Positions 17,521 to 24,360 of a stretch of DNA of 64,000 nt are shown in pieces. Made by a program: the position numbers and the translations under genes. The stretch is taken from NCBI GenBank assembly GCA_964472855.1, contig CAYYMJ010000003.1:26933-90932 (forward strand), read 5' to 3'. The DNA is from an uncultured Rhodobacterales bacterium. GTDB lineage: Bacteria; Pseudomonadota; Alphaproteobacteria; Rhodobacterales; Rhodobacteraceae. The notes under the pieces were generated by a model. The model searched no databases, was not told where the DNA came from, and saw nothing but the letters and a program-made list of their open reading frames with translations. Numbering within the stretch: position 1 is the first letter of the stretch; each line of letters opens with the position of its first letter.

Positions 17521-17646
17521 GTGGGTAGACCGAAACATTTGAACCCCGCCGCCGGGCGCAGGCTTTGACCATAAACCATTCAAATGATTTGATCAGTTGA
17601 TGCATAGTGAAGATAGTGGTGGCTCGAAACGTCAGATTCGATCCAC
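17521..17646 (-). repeat. 126-bp MITE-like element, copy R (inverted relative to copy L)
   Basis: Its reverse complement aligns base-for-base with 13049-13174. The outer end TCGATCCAC is intact; the inner end is degenerate (GTGGGTAGA versus GTGGATCGA). Confidence 0.9.
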
Positions 17647-17744
17647 CAGGTCGAGGTCGTCGCCTCGCGCGGCCAAGCGCCGGGCACAGGCATTCCTGAT
17701 GGCTGATTGGGCCCGGTCAGGGCGTTAACCATGCTCGCCCGCGA

Positions 17745-18584
17745 TCAGTCCCATTCCGGGGCCCAGACAACCTTGTCCGAGGTGACGATGCGGTGACCTG
17801 TCCGGCCCAGTGCGTCGATCCGGGCCATGTCGACGTTGGACAGCGCAAAGTCCATGATGTCAAAATTGGCGCGGATATTGGCCGGCTTGGTGGACATGGT
17901 GTTCATGCTGACCCCCTTTTGCAGGATCCAGCGCAGCGTGACCTGCGCCGCCGACTTGCCGTGCGGCGCGCCGATATCGGCAAACAGCGGATGGTCAAAC
18001 ACCGCCCCACGCGCCACCGAGCAGTAAGACGAGATCGGCACACCCATCGCGCTGGCCGCGGCCAGCAGGCGGCTTTGGTCCAACAGCGGATGAAATTCGA
18101 TCTGGTTGGTAGACAGCGGCGTCGCGAGCGTATCCAGTGCGGTGCGCAACATGGCGCTGGTATAGTTCGACACGCCGATATGGCGCGCCAAGCCGCGGTC
18201 GTGGGCCGCCTGCAGCAGTTTCAGCGACGCCGCGACCACGCCATCCTCGGGCGGCCAGTGCAGCAGCAGGACATCCACCTGCGCCAGCCCCAGGTCTTTC
18301 AGGCTGCGTTCGACCGACGGCAGAAACCGGGTTTGCGAAAAATTGTCCGGGTGCACCTTGGTCGTGACGCAAAAGGCGTCACGCGGCAGGCCCGCGTTGC
18401 GCAGCGCCTGCCCGGTCTCGGCCTCGTTTCCATACATCTGGGCGGTGTCGATCGCGCGATACCCGGTCTCGATCGCGGTTTCGATGGTCGCGATGCCGTC
18501 CTTGCCCGTCAGCGGATAGGTGCCAAACCCGCGTTGGTTCACGCCCTGAAAATATACGCTCATCATATGCTCCGTTGACGGCAA
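17745..18584 (-). CDS. Aldo/keto reductase
   Basis: 279-aa ORF with GFGTYPL...GYRAIDTAQMYGNE...HWP..., typical of the AKR family. The true start may be ATG 18566. Confidence 0.9.
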   Translation of the reverse strand: MPSTEHMMSVYFQGVNQRGFGTYPLTGKDGIATIETAIETGYRAIDTAQMYGNEAETGQALRNAGLPRDAFCVTTKVHPDNFSQTRFLPSVERSLKDLGLAQVDVLLLHWPPEDGVVAASLKLLQAAHDRGLARHIGVSNYTSAMLRTALDTLATPLSTNQIEFHPLLDQSRLLAAASAMGVPISSYCSVARGAVFDHPLFADIGAPHGKSAAQVTLRWILQKGVSMNTMSTKPANIRANFDIMDFALSNVDMARIDALGRTGHRIVTSDKVVWAPEWD

Positions 18585-18589
18585 GATTT

Positions 18590-18707
18590 GTAACTCATTG
18601 GTTACTTACCAGCACCGCCCGCCGAACGCAGCCATGTTTTTCAACATTTTTTCCGCCTTGATTCCGCGCCCCACGCCGGGCATATCTAATAACCATCCGG
18701 TTACTTA
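18590..18707. promoter_or_regulatory. Divergent promoter region with two related inverted repeats sharing the 9-mer GGTTACTTA
   Basis: GTAACtcattgGTTAC at 18590-18605 and TAACCatccGGTTA at 18690-18703. GGTTACTTA occurs at 18600-18608 and 18699-18707. The region lies between the divergent AKR and CoA-transferase genes. Confidence 0.35.
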
Positions 18708-18722
18708 GACCGGCGCGACACG

Positions 18723-20309
18723 GTGGAAGCGGCCATGACATCAAAGCTGATACCAGCCGCCGCCGCGGCCCTGCAGGTGCCCGACAACGCCACCGTGGCC
18801 GTCAACTCGTCCAGCGGGCTTTGCTGCCCCGACGCCGTGCTGGCCGCGATTGGCCAGCGTTTCGACACCACCGGCACGCCGTGCAACCTGACCATGGTGC
18901 ACCCGATCGCCGCCGGCGACTTTTTTGGCACCAAGGGGGTCGACCATCTTGCCCGGCCGGGCTGTATCGGCCGGATCATTGGCGGCAGCTATCCCTCGGG
19001 GCCGACCGCCGCCGAACCGCCGCTGATCTGGCAGATGATCGCGGCCGAGCAGGTGCAGGCCTATAACGTGCCTTCGGGCATCGTGTTCGACATGCTGCGC
19101 GAAGGCTCGGGCAAGCGCCCGGGCGTTCTGACCAAGGTAGGCATGGACACATTCGTCGACCCCGCTCTTGAAGGCTGCGCCATGAACCGGTCTGCCCGCG
19201 CGGCGCCGATCGTCGAGCGCTGCGAATTCCGGGGCGAGGACTGGCTGTTCTTCCCCGCGCTGCACCCGGACGTGGCGATCATCCGCGCCTCGACCGCGGA
19301 CCATCGCGGCAATCTGAGCTTCGAATCCGAGGGCGCCTATCTGGGCGCCACCGAAATGGCGCTGGCGGCCCGCAACTCGGGCGGTATCGTGATCGCGCAG
19401 GCGCGCCGGGTGGTCGAAAACGGAACGATCCGGCCCCATGACGTGCGCGTTCCCGGCATTCTGGTCGACCACGTGGTCGAAACCCCCGATATGCTGCAAA
19501 CCACGGCCACCGAATATGACCCCGCCATTTCCGGTCAGCAGACCCGGGCGCTGGACAGTTTCGACATCCCCGAATTCGGTATCCCAAAGGTCATCGCCCG
19601 GCGTGTCGCGCAGGAATTGCACGCCGGCTGGGCGGTCAATATCGGCTTTGGCGTCTCGGCCAACGTGCCGCGCATATTTCTTGAGGAAGGCCAGCACGGC
19701 AGCGTCACCTGGGTGATCGAGCAGGGGGCCGTCGGCGGCGTGCCCCTGCTGGGTTTCAAGTTCGGTTGCGCCGCCAATGCCGAGGCCTTCGTCGCCTCGC
19801 CGCACCAGTTCGCCTATTTCCAGGCCGGCGGCTTTGACTGTTCGCTGTTGTCCTTTCTCGAGGTCGGATCGGACGGGTCGGTCAATGTCTCGCGGTTGGC
19901 GGCAACGCCGCATCGCACCGCCGGCGCCGGCGGTTTTGTCGACATCACCGCCCGGGCCCGGCGCATCGTGTTTTCGGGCACCTTCAACGCCGGGGCCCGC
20001 ACGCATGTCGCTGACGGCAAGCTGGTGATCGAAAAAGAGGGGCACATCGCGAAATTCGTGGACCGGGTCGACCAGGTCACCTTTTCCGGACCGCGTGCCG
20101 TGGCGCAGGGCCAAAACGCGCTTTATGTGACCGAGCGTTGTGTGATCCGGCTGGGCGATGACGGGCTGACGGTCGAGGAAATTGCCCCCGGCATCGACCT
20201 TGGGCGTGATGTCATCGACCGGTCCCCTGCCCGGCTGAACGTTTCGCCCAATCTGCGCGAGATGGACCCCGCGCTGTTTCGCCCCGATCCGATCGGATTG
20301 CGGCCATGA
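18723..20309 (+). CDS. Acyl-CoA:acetate/3-ketoacid CoA-transferase (family I, fused alpha-beta, YdiF-like)
   Basis: 528-aa ORF with GGSYPSGP, STADHRGNLSFE, VIEQGAVGG and GAGGFVDI blocks typical of fused family I CoA-transferases. Confidence 0.85.
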   Translation: MEAAMTSKLIPAAAAALQVPDNATVAVNSSSGLCCPDAVLAAIGQRFDTTGTPCNLTMVHPIAAGDFFGTKGVDHLARPGCIGRIIGGSYPSGPTAAEPPLIWQMIAAEQVQAYNVPSGIVFDMLREGSGKRPGVLTKVGMDTFVDPALEGCAMNRSARAAPIVERCEFRGEDWLFFPALHPDVAIIRASTADHRGNLSFESEGAYLGATEMALAARNSGGIVIAQARRVVENGTIRPHDVRVPGILVDHVVETPDMLQTTATEYDPAISGQQTRALDSFDIPEFGIPKVIARRVAQELHAGWAVNIGFGVSANVPRIFLEEGQHGSVTWVIEQGAVGGVPLLGFKFGCAANAEAFVASPHQFAYFQAGGFDCSLLSFLEVGSDGSVNVSRLAATPHRTAGAGGFVDITARARRIVFSGTFNAGARTHVADGKLVIEKEGHIAKFVDRVDQVTFSGPRAVAQGQNALYVTERCVIRLGDDGLTVEEIAPGIDLGRDVIDRSPARLNVSPNLREMDPALFRPDPIGLRP

Positions 20310-21067
20310 CCGAACGTGTGCGGCTGACCCAGGACAACGGCGTGGCGCTGCTGCTGCTGGACCGGGCCGACAAGCTGAACGCGCTTGACCTCGACATGGT
20401 GCGCGCTCTGGGCGACCGCTGCCGCGAGATCGAGCGCAGCAATGCCCGCGTCGTGCTGCTGTCAGGGGCCGGCAAGGCCTTTTGCGCCGGCGGAGATATC
20501 GCGGCATGGTCGGCCCTGTCACCCGAGGAATTCGGCCGTTTCTGGCTGCGCGAGGGGCACGCGGCGTTCGACGCGCTGGCGCGGCTGCGCCAGCCGGTGA
20601 TCGCGGTGCTCGATGGCCACGCGCTGGGCGGGGGGCTGGAACTGGCCGCCTGTGCCGACCTGCGCATCGCCGAGGCACATATCCGCGTCGGACAGCCCGA
20701 ATCCGGGCTGGGCATCGTGCCTGGCTGGTCGGGCACGCAGCGCGCGGTGCGCCGCTTTGGCGCCCAGACGGTGCGGCGCATGGCGCTGATGGGCGAGGTA
20801 TTCTCGGCCGACGCCGCCCTGCAACTGGGTATCGTCGACCGGGTTGTGCCCACCGGCACGGCCATGGCCGCCGCCCGGGGCGTGGCGCAACAGCTGTTGC
20901 AGCGCGGCGGCCGGGCCAGCGAACTGATCAAGATGATGATCAACGCAGCCGAGGGCGAAGACCGTGAGCGGGTCATCGACACGCTGGCCGGAACGGTGGC
21001 GGCGGGCTCGGCCGAGCTGGCCGAAGGGCTGGACGCCTTCCGCCAGCGCCGCCCGCCGCAATTTTAG
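20306..21067 (+). CDS. Enoyl-CoA hydratase/isomerase (crotonase) family protein
   Basis: 253-aa ORF that overlaps the upstream stop by 4 nt. Crotonase motif LSGAGKAFCAGGDI and GHALGGGLELA. Confidence 0.9.
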   Translation: MTERVRLTQDNGVALLLLDRADKLNALDLDMVRALGDRCREIERSNARVVLLSGAGKAFCAGGDIAAWSALSPEEFGRFWLREGHAAFDALARLRQPVIAVLDGHALGGGLELAACADLRIAEAHIRVGQPESGLGIVPGWSGTQRAVRRFGAQTVRRMALMGEVFSADAALQLGIVDRVVPTGTAMAAARGVAQQLLQRGGRASELIKMMINAAEGEDRERVIDTLAGTVAAGSAELAEGLDAFRQRRPPQF

Positions 21068-21073
21068 AATTCC

Positions 21074-21126
21074 CCGGCCCGCGCCCGGCCCTCGCCCGGC
21101 CCTCGCCCCGCCCTCGCCTGCCCGCG
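21074..21126. repeat. Tandem 11-bp repeat (CCGGCCCTCGC), about 4.8 units
   Basis: ccggcccgcgc ccggccctcgc ccggccctcgc cccgccctcgc ctgcccgcg, starting 7 nt after the enoyl-CoA hydratase stop. Confidence 0.85.
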
Positions 21127-21258
21127 ATATGACAAAGCCCGCCCATTTTGGTTCATTTTTGGGCTAAAAAAACAATTTTGGCGAAAAATTGGTTCAGTGT
21201 AGCCTGCACGCGGGCCAAGGCCCGAAAAAAACGCAATGGGACAAGACAGGGTAGATAA

Positions 21259-22635
21259 ATGGAACAGCAACTCGCTGAACTCGCCGCGAAGGTGGCGGAG
21301 TTAGAGGCGCAAGCCAGTGTGACGAACACCATGTTCGCCGAGACCTATTACTACATAACCATCCCGCTGATGGTGATGATCCATGCGGGTTTCCTTGCCT
21401 ATGAAATGGGCGCGTCGCGGCAAAAGAACGCGCTGGCGTCGGGGATCAAGAACATCCTTGCCTTCGCCTTCATGATGCCGACCTTCTATTTCTTCGGCTG
21501 GTGGATCTACTGGGGTCTTCCGACGGGCATTACGCTCAGCGCCGGCGCCATGGGCATTTCGGGCGCCGAATATGCCGCCTTCGCCTGGCCCTGGTCTGAA
21601 AGTGCCGGTCCGAACCTGGCCGATCAGGCCACCGGTGTGTTCTGGGGCGCCTTTGCCCTGTTCGCCGCGACGACAGCGTCAATCTTTTCGGGCGCGGTCA
21701 TCGAACGCATCCAGACCGCCGGCTTCATCATCCTCGCGGTGGTTCTGGGGTCGTTTGCCTGGGTCGTGGCGGCGGCATGGGGCTGGCATGCCGATGGCTG
21801 GCTGGTCACCAAGTTCGGTGTCCATGACTTCGGCGCCGCCGGGCTGGTGCACGCGGTTGCCGGTTTCTTTGCCCTGGGCGTGCTGATCAACCTCGGCCCG
21901 CGCATCGGCAAGTTCAACGCCGACGGCAGCGCCAATCACATCGGCGGGCACAACATGCCCTTCACCGTGACCGGCCTGATGATGATCATCGTCGGCTTCT
22001 TCGGCTTCCTGATGGCCTGTATCATCGTCCCCGGCGAAACCTGGAGCTGGTATGCCGACAAGGCGACGTCCATCTACGGCACACCGATGACCCTGTCATC
22101 GCTGGCCTTCAACGTCCTGATGGGCATGTCAGGCGGCATCATCGGCGCCTATGTCATCGCGCGCGAGCCGTTCTTCATGATGTCGGGCGCTCTGGCCGGT
22201 ATCATCGCCACCGCCTCGGGTCTTGACGTCTACGATCCGTCGCTGGCCTTCATCATGGGCTTTGGCGGCGGGCTGTTGCTGGTTCCCTGCTACAACTGGC
22301 TGGAACGGCGCGGCATCGACGACGCGGTCGGCGCGGTCACGGTGCATGGCACGGTCGGCATTTTCGGTGTCATCATGTTCGGCATCTGGGGCGCGGGGCT
22401 TCCGGCGCTTCAGGGTGAAGGCGCGGCGACCGTGTCGCTGATCGGCCAGATCGTCGGCGCGATCGTCTTCGCGCTGCTGGGATTTGTGCCGGGCTATGTG
22501 GTCAGCTGGATCCTGAATGCGGTTGGCATGCTGCGGGTCAGCGAAGAGGCCGAAATTGCCGGTCTCGACCCGACCAAGGTGCCGATGCTGGCCTACCCCG
22601 AGGGCATAACGGCCTCGGCCGCGCACAACCAGTAA
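21259..22635 (+). CDS. Ammonium/methylammonium transporter, Amt family (AMT1/MEP-like signature), N-terminal coiled-coil-like extension
   Basis: 458-aa ORF. IHAGFLAYEMGASRQKN resembles the AMT1-type MQxGFAxLxxGxxRxKN block rather than the AmtB-type block. Twin-His regions GLVHAVAGFFALG and VTVHGTVGIFG. N-terminus MEQQLAELAAKVAELEAQ. No glnK gene is adjacent. Confidence 0.9.
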   Translation: MEQQLAELAAKVAELEAQASVTNTMFAETYYYITIPLMVMIHAGFLAYEMGASRQKNALASGIKNILAFAFMMPTFYFFGWWIYWGLPTGITLSAGAMGISGAEYAAFAWPWSESAGPNLADQATGVFWGAFALFAATTASIFSGAVIERIQTAGFIILAVVLGSFAWVVAAAWGWHADGWLVTKFGVHDFGAAGLVHAVAGFFALGVLINLGPRIGKFNADGSANHIGGHNMPFTVTGLMMIIVGFFGFLMACIIVPGETWSWYADKATSIYGTPMTLSSLAFNVLMGMSGGIIGAYVIAREPFFMMSGALAGIIATASGLDVYDPSLAFIMGFGGGLLLVPCYNWLERRGIDDAVGAVTVHGTVGIFGVIMFGIWGAGLPALQGEGAATVSLIGQIVGAIVFALLGFVPGYVVSWILNAVGMLRVSEEAEIAGLDPTKVPMLAYPEGITASAAHNQ

Positions 22636-22660
22636 CAGTCAAGCACAGGAGTAATCTGAA

Positions 22661-22828
22661 ATGGGATTCAGTCTCGCAAGCACCGAAGAAATGGCCGGTG
22701 CGATCTTCATGGGTGCCGGCGGCAGCATGCCGGTCATCTGGGCCCTGATCGCGGCGGCGATTTGCGTCTTCGCCATCTGGTCGGGTAACAAGCATGAACA
22801 TGACGCCTACAAGAAGCTGAAAAAGTAA
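22661..22828 (+). CDS. Small (55 aa) single-pass membrane protein, hypothetical
   Basis: Below the ORF-track length cutoff. My translation gives MGFSLASTEEMAGAIFMGAGGSMPVIWALIAAAICVFAIWSGNKHEHDAYKKLKK. AGGAG lies 7 nt upstream. It starts 26 nt after the Amt stop and is followed directly by a strong terminator. Confidence 0.45.
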   Translation: MGFSLASTEEMAGAIFMGAGGSMPVIWALIAAAICVFAIWSGNKHEHDAYKKLKK

Positions 22829-22848
22829 CGGCCCAGCCGTTTCTTGAA

Positions 22849-22877
22849 GGGCCACCCGGGCGGGTGGCCCTTTTTTT
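22849..22877 (+). terminator. Rho-independent terminator
   Basis: GGGCCACCCG gg CGGGTGGCCC followed by TTTTTTT. Confidence 0.8.
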
Positions 22878-22891
22878 GACCGCGCACGAAA

Positions 22892-24211
22892 ATGGGGATC
22901 GACATGACGACAGACCTTTCAAGACTGGCCCGCGAGCGGGGCATCAAATTCTTCCTGTTCAACTTTACCGATCTCTTCGGCATGCAGCGGGCCAAGCTGG
23001 TGCCGGCCGCCGCCGCCGGCGACATGCAGAAATCAGGCGCGGGCTTTGCCGGGTTTGCCGCCTGGCTGGACATGACCCCGGCGCATCCGGACATGTTTGT
23101 GATGCCCGACCCCGAAAGCGTGATCCAACTGCCGTGGAAGCCCGAGGTCGCCTGGGTGGCCGGCGACCCGTGGATGAACGGCGCCCCGGTGGCGCAGGCG
23201 CCGCGCAACGTGCTGAAGACGCTGCGCGCGCAGGCCGCCAAGGCCGACATGACCCTGATGACCGGGGTCGAGCCCGAGTTTCACCTGATCAATGCCGACG
23301 GCTCGGACATTTCCGACGGCCGCGACACCCAGTCAAAGCCCTGCTATGACCAGTCGGCGCTGATGCGCCGCTACGAGGTGATCGCCCAGATCTGCAACAC
23401 GATGGCCGAGCTGGGCTGGGGCCCCTACCAGAACGACCACGAGGACGCCAACGGCCAGTTCGAGATCAACTGGGATTATTCCGAGTGCCTGACCACCGCC
23501 GACCGGCTGGCATTCTTCAAGTTCATGGTCAAGGAAATCGCGGCGCTGCACGGGCTGCGCGCGACCTTCATGCCAAAACCGTTCGCGCATCTGACCGGCA
23601 ATGGCTGCCACGTCCATATCTCGCTGTGGTCCAACGATCGCGCTACCAACCGCTTTGCCGACGAGGCCGACGAGATGGGCTTGAGCGGCGCCTGCTATCA
23701 TTTCATCGGCGGGCTGATGAACCACGCGCCGGCGCTGGCGGCGCTGACCAATCCGACGGTGAACAGCTATAAGCGTATCAACGCGCCGGCCACGCGGTCG
23801 GGCGCGACATGGTCACCCAATACGGTGACCTTCGGCGGCAACAACCGCACGCACATGATCCGCATACCCGACCGGGGCCGCATCGAGTTTCGGCTCGGCG
23901 ACGGGTCGGCCAACCCCTATCTGCTGATGGCCGGTCTCATGGCCGCCGGAACCGACGGGATCGAACACGGCACCGACCCCGGCAAGCGGCTGGATATCGA
24001 TGCCTATGCCCACCCGAGCAAGGCCCGCGGCGGGCGCAAGCTGCCGCTGAACATGCTGGATGCCGTGCGCGAGCTTGGCCGCAGCAAGATGCTGCGCGCG
24101 CGGCTGGGGGCCGAGTTCATCGACGCCTATCGCAAGCTCAGAACCGACGAGTGGAACGACTATGCCCGGCACCTGACGGATTGGGAGCGCGAACGCACGC
24201 TCGACTGTTAG
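22892..24211 (+). CDS. Glutamine synthetase family protein (GlnT/GmaS/PuuA-type gamma-glutamyl ligase), 439 aa
   Basis: GS catalytic blocks VEPEFHL, NDHEDANGQFEINW, FMPKPF...GNGCHVHISLW, NSYKRI, NNRTHMIRIP. Its size matches rhizobial GlnT-type enzymes. It is one of two candidates for gamma-glutamylmethylamide synthetase. Confidence 0.9.
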   Translation: MGIDMTTDLSRLARERGIKFFLFNFTDLFGMQRAKLVPAAAAGDMQKSGAGFAGFAAWLDMTPAHPDMFVMPDPESVIQLPWKPEVAWVAGDPWMNGAPVAQAPRNVLKTLRAQAAKADMTLMTGVEPEFHLINADGSDISDGRDTQSKPCYDQSALMRRYEVIAQICNTMAELGWGPYQNDHEDANGQFEINWDYSECLTTADRLAFFKFMVKEIAALHGLRATFMPKPFAHLTGNGCHVHISLWSNDRATNRFADEADEMGLSGACYHFIGGLMNHAPALAALTNPTVNSYKRINAPATRSGATWSPNTVTFGGNNRTHMIRIPDRGRIEFRLGDGSANPYLLMAGLMAAGTDGIEHGTDPGKRLDIDAYAHPSKARGGRKLPLNMLDAVRELGRSKMLRARLGAEFIDAYRKLRTDEWNDYARHLTDWERERTLDC

Positions 24212-24360
24212 CCGGGTCCTGGAAGCCCCCCTGCCGACAAGCGCCGCGTCGTGACGGTGGCGCCGCCGGTCGGCGTCGCGCGGGGGGGGGCGCTGCCCCC
24301 TCTGCGCCTGCCGGCGCATTCACCCCCGAAGTATTTCGAGAACGATGAAGGGTGCCGGCG

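Larger units (their letters stand above)
13049..17646. mobile_element. Candidate non-autonomous cassette (MITE-bracketed, transposase-less) carrying TRAP transporter, aminotransferase and a gene remnant
   Basis: Two inverted copies of the same 126-bp element bracket 4.3 kb containing four intact genes and a truncated MalK-type 3' fragment. No transposase lies inside and no convincing target-site duplication was seen. Confidence 0.4.

Noticed and set aside
13041-17655. Target-site duplication flanking the MITE-bracketed cassette or the individual copies
   Set aside because: If element ends are drawn at 13050/17645, a CCAG tetranucleotide flanks both sides. With the better-supported 9-bp TIR boundaries (13049/17646) the flanks are CCA and CAG, and individual copies show no matching flanks. 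A 3-4 bp match is within chance.
18741-20678. 645-aa minus-strand ORF opposite the CoA-transferase and enoyl-CoA hydratase genes
   Set aside because: It has extreme Arg/Ala/Gly/Pro composition and no recognisable motif. The plus-strand frames carry clear CoA-transferase and crotonase motifs.
21179-21192. Sigma-54-like TGGC...TTGG element upstream of the Amt gene
   Set aside because: TGGCGAAAAATTGG has the GG and the second element one base closer than the canonical TGGCAC-N5-TTGC spacing, and it ends in GG rather than GC. That is too weak to call without a matrix scan.
24282-24290. G9 homopolymer tract as a possible phase-variation switch
   Set aside because: It lies in the intergenic region between two convergent stop codons (24211 and 24361), so length changes would not shift a reading frame or an obvious promoter.
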